DNA of 64,000 nucleotides from Eledone cirrhosa (taxonomy: Eukaryota). This document shows, one piece after another, positions 45,754 through 57,495 of this stretch. A model generated the notes under the pieces. The model was given only the letters and a program-made list of their open reading frames with translations, searched no databases and was not told where the DNA came from. How positions within the stretch are numbered: position 1 is the stretch's first letter; every line of letters begins with the position of its first letter. The stretch is taken from contig OZ024748.1 of the NCBI GenBank assembly GCA_964016885.1, positions 21,576,001 through 21,640,000 of the forward strand. Direction: 5' to 3'. The position numbers and the translations under genes were made by a program.

Positions 45754-48700
45754 AACAAGTAGGACCCCGACGGCTGAGCGTTATGGTCCACCTGGTTCCT
45801 TACCACATTTCCTTTGTTATATATATATATATATATATATATTCCTTTGTCTCTTTCTAACCAATTCCTTTGACTCTATTATATTTTTATTTCAGGAAAC
45901 TGGAAGAACTTGTGGCCTTTTTAACGAAATACAAAACATACAATTTTCTAAAAACGCATGGCAGAGATACACCTAGGTGGGTAACTATGATTTTATAGCT
46001 CCAGACAACCCAACACCATCATCACCACTACTCACTATTACTATCATCAACTCCACCATCAATACCATCACCATCATCATCACTACTGTCATCAACACCA
46101 ACACCCTCACCATTACTATCATCAACTCCAACACCTTCACCACTACTATCATCAACTTCAACACCCTCACCACTACTATCATCAATACCAACACCCTCAC
46201 CACTACTATCATCAATACCAACACCATCTGCATCCATACCCTCTTCATCACTACTACCACCATCACTATGGCCACTTTCACCTAGACAATCACCATCTCC
46301 TACACAGACTTGTTGACCTTCTCGTGGTCGACCATGGAAACTACTCGCTTCTCACTGATCATTGATCTAGATCAGGTGAGTAAAAACAACTTGAGACAAC
46401 TTATACTCAAGAAGAGAACCTACACAATTACCACCACTTCCATTACCACAACCACCATTACATCAATACCACCACACCACCACCATCACCATACCACCAC
46501 CATCACCATACCACCACCACCACCACAACCACCACCACCACCACCACCACCACCACCATCATGCCACCACAACCACTGTTAACACCATCATCACCACACC
46601 AATATAACCACCACCATCACCACCACATCAATACCACCACATCACCACCATGCCACCATCACATCAATACTACAACCACCACCACCACCACCATGCCACC
46701 ATCACATCAATACTACAACCACCACCACCACCACCACCACCATAAAACCAATATCATAGGAACCTTTCCACCATTTCCTTCCTAATCTTTCAGGTTTATC
46801 CAAAAACAAGGCTTGGACCAGACGTTCTTTGAGTGTGAGAACCACTTGTGGCGCGTTGGACCTCGAAACATTCCTGAAGGTATCAGGGTGGATGGGGGAT
46901 CTGATTGGATCGGCATTCATCGGAACTTCTGTGAATACATCATCAAGTCCGACGATAAACTTGTGCTGGGTTTGAAACAGGTCTATAAGTATACCCTCCT
47001 ACCTGCTGAGGTAAGTTATATCACTCAGTTTTATATACCTTTAGAATTGAACCAATGAAGGAGGTTTTGTGGGGAAGGGGGTCACTTGACCTGCTAAAAA
47101 CAGTAGCCAGATTTCCCTCAAATCACACTCGGCGTTTTTTTCTCTTTCATTTTCTCTTTCTTCTTACTCTTCTTCATTTTTTTTCTTTTCTTCTCCTCTT
47201 CCTTCTTTTTCAATTGAAAGGGCCAGCTCTGTTACACATTGTGCCACACTGAATCTCCATGAGGACTACATTAGTGCAAGCTGTTGCATTTGTTTGAACA
47301 ACCGTAACACTAGTTATCAAACCTGATGTAGGTCCAACGCTAACACAAAGATTTCTCAAAGTATTTTAAACTAACAAGCACTTTATGGCTGCTTTGTTTT
47401 TGTAGCAGGGGTTAGCCTTGTGGGCCCAATGAGAGGTTTCATTTTCATCATGAGGTCCTTTTATTGAGGCAGTGGAGAAAAACTAGAGGGTGACAAAAGG
47501 CAAGACGGGGCAACGATCTGACCTACTACATTGGCCCCTGGATGGTCAAGATTTAACTAGGGCTAAACTAGATGGTCAAGATAGACCTAGGGTTAAACAA
47601 CTGGTCAAGGCAGAGCTAGGGCTAAACAACATATTTGTAGAATTTGGGAAAATATCCAAGAAAGGTTATTGATTAAATATCCAAGTTGTCTTTTTTATTG
47701 TAGTTGTTGTTGTTTTGTAGCTATTTTTGATGTTATTGAAGCTGTTGTTGTGGTTGTTGTGACTGGTGTCCTTACTGTTGTAGTTGTTGTTGTTATTGTT
47801 GTTGTAGCTGTTACTGTTGTTATTGTTGTAGTTGTTACTGTTGTTGTTGTTATTGCTGTAGTTACTGTTGTTTTGGTTGTTGTTATTGCTGTAGTTAGTT
47901 CTTTTGGTTGTTGTTATTATTGTTACTATTGTGGTTGTTGTTGTTGTAGTTGTTACTGTTATAGTTGTTACTTTTGTTGTTGTAGTTATTAATATTATAA
48001 TGTTTCCAAACTATTAAACCTCAATATTGGAGAGGAACCATTGTTTTGTTCTTTAATATCAACAGAATTGGTCAATTATTGGCTAAAATGTATTTTAGTT
48101 ATGTTTCTTTATGTTCTGAGTTCAAATCCTACTGGGACCAATTCTTACATTTCATTCTTCCAGTGGGAGGTGGCAGGGTCAATATTATTAATCCTCCCCC
48201 ACCCCTGTAGCCTGCAGTAAAGGTCAATCAATATTGACCTCTACACTGAAAACAACGTTAATAGTCTAAAAAAATTAAAATAAAATAAGGAAAATTATTT
48301 TCTAGAATTTTCAACAGTGCTGTTTATTGTTTCAGTTAGCAGCATAGAGTTATGGCCCTTTGTGTTCTGAGTTCAAATCCTGCCGAGGTTAATTTTGCCT
48401 TTCATCCTTACAGGGTCGATAAAATAAAGTACCAGTAATACACTGGGATAATAGCTTTGTATCACAGAATCAGGGGCAGTTTTGTATCACAGAATCAGGG
48501 GCAGTTTTGTATCACAGAATCAGGGGTAGCTTTGTATCACAGAATCAGGGGCAGTTTTGTATCACAAAATCAGGGGCAGTTTTGTATCACAGAATCAGGG
48601 GCAGTTTTGTATCACAGAATCGGGGGCAGTTTTGTATCACAAAATCAGGGGCAGTTTTGTATCACAGAATCAGGGGCAGTTTTGTATCACAGAATCAGAG

Positions 48701-51700
48701 ATAGTGTGTATCACAGAATCAGGGGGCAGTTTTGTATCACAAAATCAGAGATAGCTTTGTATTACAGAATTAAGAAATATGTCTGGCAGTTTGATATAAA
48801 ATGTCTGTTGTTATTTCAGTCATTCTTCCATACGGTATTACAGAACAGTAAGTTCTGTGGAATGTTTGTTGACAACAACCTGAGAATTACCAACTGGCGT
48901 CGGAAGCTTGGCTGTAAATGTCAGTATAAACATATCGTTGACTGGTGTGGCTGTTCACCAAATGTCTTTAAATCTTCTGATCTACACCGACTGATGGTAA
49001 GTGAAACAACTGTGTGTGTGGTGTGTGTTTATAGATATATATGTAAGTACATATTTGTATGTGTATATATATATATATAAATACATATATATATATATAT
49101 ATATATAAATACATATATATATATATATATATATAAATACATATACATATATATATATATATATATATAAATACATATACATATATATATATACAAACAT
49201 GTAGAAAGACATATATATATAATTGTTTCTACTTTAGGCACAAGGCCAGCAATTACCCAGTGCATTACTGGTACTTTATTTTATCGACCCTGTATATATA
49301 TATATAATGTCTTTCTATATGTGTGTATGTGTGTATATATATATATAGAGAGAGAGAGAGATGTAAGTACATATATGTGTATATATATATATAGGCAACA
49401 CCTCCCCCTACCATCTCTCCTCCCATACACCACCCTTTGCTGTAACCATCCCTTCCCTATTACCTATGTCCTAAATTTCTTCAAGCTTCTTTCCCCATCC
49501 CACACCTGAAGCGGTTCCCCCAAGAGCTACGACAAAAGTGCCCAGCCCACACTGTATAGTGGTCATGTATGTGTCAAGACAAAAGTGCTCAGTCCTCACT
49601 GTAATGTGGTGGTGTAGGAGTCACAACAAAAAGTGCTCAGTCCAGACTATAATGTGGTCGTGTAGGAGTCACAAGAAAAAGTGCTCAGTCCACACTGTAA
49701 TGTGGTCATGTAGGAGTCACAAGAAAAAGTGCTCAGTCCACACTGTAATGTGGTCATGTAGGAGTCACAAGAAAAAGTGCTCAGTCCACACTGTAATGTG
49801 GTCATGTAGGAGTCACAACAAAAAGTGCACAGTCCAGACTGTAATTTGGTCATGTAGGAGTCACAAGAAAAAGTGCTCAGTCCACACTGTAATGTGGTCA
49901 TGTAGGAGTCACAACAAAAAGTGCACAGTCCAGACTGTAATGTGGTCATGTAAGAGTCACAAGAAAAAGTGCCCAGTCCTCACTGAAATGTGGTCATGTA
50001 GGAGTCACAAGAAAAAGTGCACAGTCCAGACTATAATGTGGTCGTGTAGGAGTCACAAGAAAAAGTGCTCAGTCCACACTGTAATGTGGTCATGTAGGAG
50101 TCACAAGAAAAAGTGCTCAGTCCACACTGTAATGTGGTCATGTAGGAGTCACAACAAAAAGTGCTCAGTCCTCACTGTAATGTGGTCATGTAGGAGTCAC
50201 AACAAAAAGTGCACAGTCCACACTGTAATGTGGTCATGTAGGAGTCACAACAAAAAGTGCTCAGTCCACACTGTAATATGGTCGTGTAGGAGTCACAAGA
50301 AAAAGTGCTCAGTCCACACTAATGTGGTGGTGTAGGAGTCACAAGAAAAAGTGCTCAGTCCACACTGTAATGTGGTGGTGTAGGAGTCACAAGAAAAAGT
50401 GCTCAGTCCACACTGTAATGTGGTCGTGTAGGAGTCACAAGAAAAAGTGCTCAGTCCACACTGTAATGTGGTCATGTAGGAGTCACAAGAAAAAGTGCCC
50501 AGTCCACACTGTAATGTGGTCATGTAGGAGTCACAACAAAAAGTGCTCAGTCCACACTGTAATGTGGTCATGTAAGAGTCACAAGAAAAAGTGCACAGTC
50601 CAGACTGTAATGTGGTCATGTAGGAGTCACAAGAAAAAGTGCTCAGTCCACACTGTAATATGGTCGTGTAGGAGTCACAAGAAAAAGTGCCCAGTCCACA
50701 CTGTAATATGGTCGTGTAGGAGTCACAAGAAAAAGTGCTCAGTCCACACTGTAATATGGTCGTGTAGGAGTCACAACAAAAAGTGCTCAGTCCTCACTGT
50801 AATGTGGTCATGTAGGAGTTACAACAAAAAGTGCACAGTCCAGACTGTAATGTGGTCATGTAGGAGTCACAAGAAAAAGTGCTCAGTCCACACTGTAATG
50901 TGGTCGTGTAGGAGTCACAACAAAAAGTGCTCAGTCCACACTGTAATGTGGTCGTGTAGGAGTCACAACAAAAAGTGCACAGTCCAGACTGTAATGTGGT
51001 CATGCAGGAGTCACAAGAAAAAGTGCTCAGTCCACACTGTAATGTGGTGGTGCAGGAGTCATGACAAAAAGTGCTCAGTCCACACTGTAATCTGGTCGTG
51101 TAGGAGTCACAACAAAAAGTGCTCAGTCCACACTGTAATGTGGTCGTGTAGGAGTCACAACAAAAAGTGCTCAGTCCACACTGTAATGTGGTCGTGTAGG
51201 AGTCATGACAAAAAGTGCTCAGTCCACATTGTAATGTGGTCATGTAGGCATCATGACAAAAAGTGCTCAGTCCACACTGTAATGTGGTCGTGTAGGGGTC
51301 ACAACAAAAAGTGCACAGTCCACACTGTAATGTGGTCGTGTAGGAGTCATGACAAAAAGTGCTCAGTCCACACTGTAATGTGGTCATGTAGGCATCATGA
51401 CAAAAAGTGCTCAGTCCACACTGTAATGTGGTCGTGTAGGAGTCACAAGAAAAAGTGCTCAGTCCACACTGTAATGTGGTCATGTAGGAGTCACAACAAA
51501 AAATGCTCAGTCCACACTGTAATGTGGTCGTGTAGGAGTCACAACAAAAAGTGCTCAGTCCACACTGTAATGTGGTGGTGTAGGAGTCACAACAAAAAGT
51601 GCTCAGTCCAAACTGTAATGTGGTCATGTAGGAGTCACAACAAAAAATGCTCAGTCCACACTGTAATGTGGTTGTGTAGGAGTCACAACAAAAAGTGCTC

Positions 51701-52074
51701 AGTCCACACTGTAATGTGGTCATGTAGGAGTCACAACAAAAAGTGCCCAGTCCTCACTGTAATGTGGTCATGTAGGAGTCACAACAAAAAGTGCTCAGTC
51801 CACACTGTAATGTGGTCGTGTATTTGACATGACAAAAAGCACCCAGCATACACTGTAAATGTGGTTGGCGTTAAGAGGGGTATCCAGCTATAGAAACCAG
51901 GCCAAAATCAGCCCCAGGTGAGCAAAACACAGCCCTCTGATCTGATTCTCTCCCAAACGGTCAGCCCGTCCTACCCATGCTAGCATGGAAAGTGGACATT
52001 AAACGATGATGATGTATATACGTATATATATATATATATACAAAGACACATATATATAATGTCTTTCTACATGC

Positions 52075-52142
<68 letters not shown>

Positions 52143-55100
52143 ATATACACCCACCAGCAACTACTACACTACATCCCTCCCACAATGTCATAACCAAAAC
52201 ATTACACTCAATAAATGTCCTAACATATATGTTAGACTAAACACTTGAGGTTCTGGTAAAATAAACATTTTTGTATATGTTAGACTGAACATGTGTGCCT
52301 GTGTATATATTAAACTAAATACCTTTCTACCTATCTGTTAAACTAAACCCCTTTCTATCTACCTGTTAAACTAAATACCTTTCTACCTATCTGTTAAACT
52401 AAATACCTTTCTACCTACCTGTTAAACTAAACACCTTTCTATCTACCTGTTAAACTAAACACCTTTCTACCAACCTGCTTATCTAAATACCTTTCTATCT
52501 ACCTGTTAAACTAAACACCTTTCTACCTACCTGTTAAACTAAACACCTTTCTATCTACCTGTTAAACTAAATACCTTTCTACCAACCTGCTTATCTAAAT
52601 ACCTTTCTACCTACCTGTTAAACTAAACACCTTTCTACCTACCTGTTAAACTAAACACCTTTCTACCTACCTGTTAAACTAAACACCTTTCTATCTACCT
52701 GTTAAACTAAATACCTTTCTACCAACCTGCTTATCTAAATACCTTTCTACCTACCTGTTAAACTAAACACCTTTCTACCTACCTGTTAAACTAAATACCT
52801 TTCTATCTACCTGTTAAACTAAATACCTTTCTACCTACCTGTTAATCTAAACACCTTTCTACCTACCTGTTAAACTAAATACCTTTCTACCTACCTGTTA
52901 AACTAAATACCTTTCTACCTACCTGTTAAACTAAAAACCTTTCTACCTACCTGTTAAACTAAATACCTTTCTACCTACCTGTTAAACTAAACACCTTTCT
53001 ACCTACTTGTTAAACTAAACACCTTTCTATCTACCTGTTAAACTAAACCCCTTTCTACCTATCTGGTTATCTAAATGCCATCTTTATTCTTCTGTGTTAA
53101 TATTGCAGAACTTGGATGAAAAACCAGCTTTCTTTGCTCGGAAGTTTGAACCAGTGGTCAACCAGGATATAATCAACAGTGTGGACACATATCTATTTGG
53201 ATACAATAACCAAGGTATGTGAGAGATGTGGCCACTAACAGTCAATAGTACTGGTCAGTGACAGCTAGATGTTCTAGTCAGCTACAGCTAGATGTTGTGG
53301 TCACCCACAGCTAGGTGTTGTGGTCAGCCAGAGTTAGATGTTGTGGTCACCCACAGCTAGGTGTTGTGGTCACCCACAGCTAGAAGTTGTGGTCACTCAC
53401 AGCTAGGTGTTGTGGTCACTCACAGCTATGTGTTGTGGTCAGTCACAGCTTGGTGTTGTGGTCAGCCACAGCGTGGTGTTGTGGTCACCCATAGCTGGAT
53501 GTTGTGGTCACCTACAGCTAGTTGTGTTGTGGTCACCCACAGCTAGAAGTTGTGGTCAGTCACAGCTTGGTGTTGTGGTCAGTCACAGCTTGGTGTTGTG
53601 GTCAGTCACAGCTTGGTCTTGTGGTCACCTACAGCTAGGTGTTGTGGTGAATCACAGCTTGGTGTTGTGGTCAACCATAGCTTGGTGTTGTGGTCACCCA
53701 TAGCTGGATGTTGTCGTCACCTACAGCTAGGTGTTGTGGTGAATCACAGCTTGGTGTTGTGGTCAACCATAGCTTGGTGTTGTGGTCACCCATAGCTGGA
53801 TGTTGTGGTCAACCATAGCTTGGTGTTGTGGTCACCCATAGCTGGATGTTGTGGTCACCTACAGCTAGGTGTTGTGGTGAATCACAGCTTGGTGTTTGGT
53901 GAATCACAGCTTGGTGTTGTGGTGAATCACAGCTTGGTGTTGTGGTGAATCACAGCTTGGTGTTGTGGTCACCCATAGCTGGATGTTGTGGTCACCTACA
54001 GCTAGGTGTTGTGGTAAATCACAGCTTGGTGTTGTGGTGAATCACAGCTTGGTGTTGTGGTCACCTATAGCTAGATGTTGTGGTCACCTACAGCTAGGTG
54101 TTGTGGTGAATCACAGCTTGGTGTTGTGGTGAATCACAGCTTGGTGTTGTGGTCACCCATAGCTGGATGTTGTGGTCACCTACAGCTAGGTGTTGTGGTG
54201 AATCACAGCTTGGTGTTGTGGTGAATCACAGCTTGGTGTTGTGGTCACCCATAGCTGGATGTTGTGGTCACCTACAGCTAGTTGTGTTGTGGTCAACCAT
54301 AGCTAGGTGTTGAGGTCAGCCACAGTTTGGTGTTGTGGTCACCTACAGCTAGCTGTTGTGGTCACTCACAGCTAGGGGTCGATAAGAACCAGTAATGCAC
54401 TGGGGTCGATTTAATGAACTTTCCCCTCTCCTCAAATTGCTGGCCTTGTGCCTATAGTAGAAATCATTGTTATTATTTATTTCCAACTTAAATGCAGTAG
54501 ATTGTCAGAATCTGTAGAGCGTCAGACAACATGCTTTGTAGCACATAGTTGCATTCCTTTACATTCTGAGTTCAAATCCCGCCGAGGCTATATTTGCCTT
54601 TCATCCTTACGAGGTCGATAAAATAAAGTACAGTAAAACACTGGGGTAATTTAATCAATTTTCCCTTCCCTGAAAATTGTTGGTATGATGCCTAAATTAG
54701 AAACCATTATATATTTTTAAAACTATGAGGTTTGAAAACCACTACAATGCAGTTGTGGTGAAAATATCCAGGTAACAAGATTGAGAGGAGACAAATAATT
54801 CTGTGTTATGTGGTGAATAAAAACAAGAAAAATCAGAGATGATGTTACCTTTCAATTTATGATACCTATATTTCAGATATTTTGTCTTTCATTAGGGTTA
54901 TATCAAAGAAACTCTGGCGTTTGTTAAGCCTTTGCTATTTAATGGTCAGAAGTAAACAGCATGCATCTGACACATGCGCGGATCGGCTAATAGTCAGCAG
55001 TCGACAGTTAAACTTTGTCCCCTGTGTATGAAGCGAGTTCATGATACAGACATGGCTCAGATTAACCATGGCTCACTGCAGTCAACAGTTAAACATCATC

Positions 55101-57495
55101 TCCTGTGTATAAAGTGAGTTCATGATACACAAACATGGCTCAGATTAACCATGGCTCACTGCAGTCAACAGTTAAACATCATCTCCTGTGTATAAAGTGA
55201 GTTCATGATACACAAACATGGCTCAGATTAACCATGGCTCACTGCAGTCAACAGTTAAACATCATCTCCTGTGTATAAAGTGAGTTCATGATACACAAAC
55301 ATGGCTCAGATTAACCATGGCTCACTGCAGTCAACAGTTAAACATCATCTCCTGTGTATAAAGTGAGTTCATGATACAGACATGGCTCAGATTAACCATG
55401 GCTCACTGCAGTCAACAGTTAAACATCATCTCCTGTGTATAAAGTGAGTTCATGATACACAAACATGGCTCAGATTAACCATGGCTCACTGCAGTCAACA
55501 GTTAAACATCATCTCCTGTGTATAAAGTGAGTTCATGATACACAAACATGGCTTAGATTAACCATGGCTCACTGCAGTCAACAGTTAAACATCATCTCCT
55601 GTGTATAAAGTGAGTTCATGATACACAGACATGGCTTAGATTAACCATGGCTCACTGCAGTCAACAATTAAACGTAGTCTCCTCTGTATGAAGCAAGCTT
55701 ATGATACATGGACTAGGCTCAGATTAACCATGCCTCACTTCTTTCAATCTTGCTATTGCCATATTATATATTATATATATATCTTATATTTCCAGCTTAC
55801 CCCGGTTTCAACAGCTACTGGCAGAATGAGTACCACCATCTCGACAGAAACACCAAAGTCGATGATGCATATCGCACATTCTTTCACTCGTTCATCCGTC
55901 TTGCCATGCAGCAACTCACCGACACAAACAGGCGTTGCCGTTTACGCTTCATTGAACTGCTGGAGGTGAACATGTTTTTTGAAACAGACCATTTCCACGG
56001 TCTACTGGTGAAGTTTTCTGCTGAGCAGATGAATTCAGGTAAAATGTACACACTGGAGACACAACTTCATCCAAAGGCTTTCTATATGATGTACAACACA
56101 GGGAACTTGATGGGCCGTCTGCAAGGTCTCGAGGTAAGGATCAGTTATTTGTGGAAGGTGGGGAGTTACACATCTCAATGTTTTCCTCTTCCATCACTTA
56201 TTCCATCTCACACTCCACTCATTCCATCTATCACTCCACTCATCAACCTCTCACTCCACCCATCACTCCATTAATCCCCCTCTCGCATTACAGAGTGTAC
56301 TGGGTGTATTTCATCATGACACCAGCACAATTACTTTACAGAGTGTACTGGGTGCATTTTCTTATGACACCAGCACTACCACTTTACAGAGTTTACTGGA
56401 TGCATTTTGTTATAACACCAGTACTATCACTTTACTGAGTGTACAGGGTGCATTTTATCATGGCACCAGGACTAGAGAGGTTGTCATGTTTACATATAAT
56501 AAACATACATCTAGTCTCACTTAATGATGTAGATATTATTATTATTATTGTTGTGAGGGTTGTGGATTGGCAGAATTGGTAGAGCATTTGATAAAATAGC
56601 ATTGTGGTATCTGTTCTGACTCTTTACATTCTGAGTTCAAATCCCACTGAGGTCTCAACTTCGTTTTTCATCCTTTTGGGGTTGATAAAATTAAAGTACC
56701 AGTCAAGTACTGGGGTTGATTTAATCAACTTTGCTCTTCCCAAAAAAATTTGCTGGTCTTGTTCCCTAAATAAATTTTAAAAAACATTATTATTGTTGAT
56801 TTTTATTTTTTTTTCCTCTATTGTAGGTTGGCACTGATTTTGACCCGAAAGAACTTATTTTCAGGAATTATGGTCAGCTGATGGGACCTTACAGCAACAT
56901 TGCATTACGTCATTCATGGGGTCATGGCAACGAAATGGCTGTGTCAGTTGCCTGGATTGATCCTAGTAACACTGTAGCAGCATCCTTTGATATGAAAATA
57001 CCTTCTGGGGTACACATCGGCGCACACAAACCTCAATTTAAAAAACCTTTGCGCCCAGGTGTGTGGACAATTAAAGTTTTACACGAATGGGAGACATTTG
57101 CAGAAGTGAAGTTTCTAATACTCCCATTGAGTTTTTACCAAGAACGACCCATCCTTGCTCCTGAGATCTATGCAACCCACAATGGACCTAAGGGACATTA
57201 CCTCGAAAACGACTTCGACTTCTCAGAGTTTCGTAAACCTTTGAAGATTGGAAACATCACTGAAGCTGAACACCAGGCGACAATCAACGGTCGTAAGGTG
57301 GGTAAGGATCTTGAGAGATGGATTGATACACTGACTGCGGAATTTTGGCAGCTGCAGAACTTCTGTGCGCACTCGGACACATTACCTCTGTGTGGAGGGC
57401 TCGAGAAATGTGAGCTTTCCACCTGGAGTTCCATGTCAACAGACACAAAATCAACAATTACACTGGTTGATGAAAATACAGGATACCTTCGGTAG
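26935..57495 (+). CDS. oxt: Protein O-xylosyltransferase (oxt/sqv-6/XYLT-like), spliced, 5' incomplete; exons 26935-27063, 30057-30224, 43064-43233, 44894-45096, 45896-45976, 46794-47010, 48820-48996, 53109-53214, 55796-56133, 56827-57495
   Basis: All ten exons have AG acceptors and the nine internal introns have GT donors. Phases join into one 2258-nt open frame ending at TAG 57493-57495. Motifs [132 protein letters not shown] and PLRPGVW match animal xylosyltransferases, preceded by a WSC domain as in Drosophila oxt. Confidence 0.96.
28480..29272 (-). mobile_element. Decayed RTE LINE 3' fragment containing an internal ~25-bp minisatellite
   Basis: Minus-strand remnants [43 protein letters not shown]. 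Confidence 0.8.
29600..29960 (-). mobile_element. RTE LINE 3' end, second subfamily
   Basis: Minus strand [40 protein letters not shown], typical RTE C-terminus. Confidence 0.75.
30057..30224 (+). CDS. oxt: Xylosyltransferase exon, WSC domain C-half
   Basis: ttttag|[56 protein letters not shown]|gtaagc. Confidence 0.94.
30265..30480 (+). mobile_element. Second tRNA-derived SINE family, Nin/Deu-like domain (other copies ~13735-13850, 14318-14530, 43298-43475, 48340-48450, 54495-54705, 56555-56790, 63170-63300)
   Basis: ctgagttcaaatcccgccgaggttaactttgcctttcatccttacggggtcgataaaataaagtaccagt recurs many times on both strands; domain name assigned from memory of SINE consensus sequences. Confidence 0.75.
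31055..31113 (-). ncRNA. Type I hammerhead ribozyme (palindromic stem III)
   Basis: Minus strand reads GCUGC CUGAUGA GGUCAUAAC...GUUAUCACC GAAA UAUAUA UU GCAGC: 5-bp stem I, long stem II, AUAUAUAU stem III, predicted AUU site. Confidence 0.8.
31246..31304 (+). ncRNA. Hammerhead copy with core mutation (GAAA>AAAA)
   Basis: gctgc ctgatga ggtcataac...tatcacc aaaa tatata tt gcagt; inverted partner of 31055-31113. Confidence 0.65.
33115..33310. mobile_element. piggyBac-like MITE
   Basis: TTAA|CCCTTTAACATTTA ... TAAATGCTAAAGGG|TTAA. Confidence 0.85.
33566..33811. repeat. ~70-bp tandem repeat, about 3.5 copies
   Basis: cagtggtatacctacataccataccacctagtttaacccccaaccacctggtctttggggatatttt. Confidence 0.9.
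34007..34348 (+). mobile_element. CORE-type SINE copy
   Basis: Full-length, (TA)n on both sides; inverted tail fragment at about 33864-33977. Confidence 0.85.
34407..34484 (-). ncRNA. Degenerate hammerhead (palindromic stem III ACUGCAGU)
   Basis: Minus strand reads GUCUC CUGAUGA U...long hairpin...U GAAA CUGCAG UA GGAAC. Confidence 0.5.
34656..34706 (+). ncRNA. Hammerhead-like motif with variant core (CAGAAGA)
   Basis: AGUUU CAGAAGA U-CCC-GUUAA-GGG-U GAAA GCAG-UGAUUCU-UUGC UU AAACU; all three stems pair. Degenerate relative at about 4783-4826. Confidence 0.62.
35316..35514. mobile_element. Mariner-like MITE
   Basis: gctgaaaagttcacaggctgac ... gtcagcctatgaacttttcagc terminal inverted repeats in a TA context. 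Confidence 0.6.
36213..36590. repeat. 48-bp minisatellite within a LINE/SINE tail
   Basis: gcacccagtccacactgtaatgtgggcgtgtaggtgtcatgacaaaaa, about 7-8 copies, followed by the shared tail. Confidence 0.9.
38625..40492. repeat. (CAC/CAT/CAA)n trinucleotide low-complexity tract
   Basis: Direct inspection. Confidence 0.95.
40570..41445. repeat. (CTCAT)n switching to (CTCAC)n pentanucleotide array
   Basis: Pure arrays with a sharp switch at about 41236. Confidence 0.97.
42228..42558 (+). mobile_element. CORE-type SINE copy
   Basis: Full-length, near-identical to 34007-34348. Confidence 0.85.
43064..43233 (+). CDS. oxt: Xylosyltransferase exon, start of GT14 domain
   Basis: ctttag|EKKKIQ...[38 protein letters not shown]|gtgagt. 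Confidence 0.95.
43500..44830. repeat. 33-bp minisatellite and degenerate ctgt flank
   Basis: ctgtctaatatcaccatctctctgtcagtcagt, about 20+ copies. Confidence 0.93.
44894..45096 (+). CDS. oxt: Xylosyltransferase exon
   Basis: ccacag|[12 protein letters not shown]...TIWGGASLL...[15 protein letters not shown]|gttagt. Confidence 0.95.
45896..45976 (+). CDS. oxt: Xylosyltransferase exon
   Basis: tttcag|[27 protein letters not shown]|gtgggt; phase 2/2. Confidence 0.93.
   Translation, partial: ETGRTCGLFNEIQNIQFSKNAWQRYT
46794..47010 (+). CDS. oxt: Xylosyltransferase exon
   Basis: tttcag|[20 protein letters not shown]...DGGSDW...YTLLPAE|gtaagt. Confidence 0.95.
48455..48770. repeat. 25-bp minisatellite
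   Basis: gtatcacagaatcaggggcagtttt, about 12 copies. Confidence 0.93.
48820..48996 (+). CDS. oxt: Xylosyltransferase exon
   Basis: tttcag|[13 protein letters not shown]...[30 protein letters not shown]...HRLM|gtaagt. Confidence 0.96.
49530..51860. repeat. 48-bp minisatellite, ~2.3 kb
   Basis: gtgctcagtccacactgtaatgtggtcatgtaggagtcacaa(c/g)aaaaa, about 48 copies, continuing into the LINE/SINE tail at 51860-52013. Confidence 0.95.
52305..53077. repeat. 28-bp minisatellite
   Basis: acctttctacctacctgttaaactaaa(c/t), about 27 copies. Confidence 0.93.
53109..53214 (+). CDS. oxt: Xylosyltransferase exon (absent from the ORF track)
   Basis: ttgcag|[35 protein letters not shown]|gtatgt. Confidence 0.94.
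53255..54375. repeat. 23-bp minisatellite
   Basis: cacagct(a/t)ggtgttgtggtcacc, about 48 copies. Confidence 0.93.
54998..55738. repeat. 83-bp minisatellite
   Basis: cagtcaacagttaaacatcatctcctgtgtataaagtgagttcatgatacacaaacatggctcagattaaccatggctcactg, about 9 copies. Confidence 0.93.
55796..56133 (+). CDS. oxt: Xylosyltransferase exon, Xylo_C region
   Basis: ttccag|[15 protein letters not shown]...GRLQGLE|gtaagg. Confidence 0.93.
56827..57495 (+). CDS. oxt: Xylosyltransferase last coding exon
   Basis: ttgtag|[21 protein letters not shown]...WIDP...PLRPGVW...[10 protein letters not shown]...GYLR stop. Confidence 0.95.
   Translation, partial: VGTDFDPKELIFRNYGQLMGPYSNIALRHSWGHGNEMAVSVAWIDPSNTVAASFDMKIPSGVHIGAHKPQFKKPLRPGVWTIKVLHEWETFAEVKFLILPLSFYQERPILAPEIYATHNGPKGHYLENDFDFSEFRKPLKIGNITEAEHQATINGRKVGKDLERWIDTLTAEFWQLQNFCAHSDTLPLCGGLEKCELSTWSSMSTDTKSTITLVDENTGYLR

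Noticed and set aside
49538-51827. Cys/His-rich 265-aa and 501-aa repeat ORFs resembling zinc fingers
   Set aside because: 48-bp intronic minisatellite derived from a retroelement tail; open on both strands
52305-55738. Regular 23-83-bp arrays as possible CRISPR arrays
   Set aside because: Head-to-tail repeats without unique spacers, eukaryotic intron context, no cas genes
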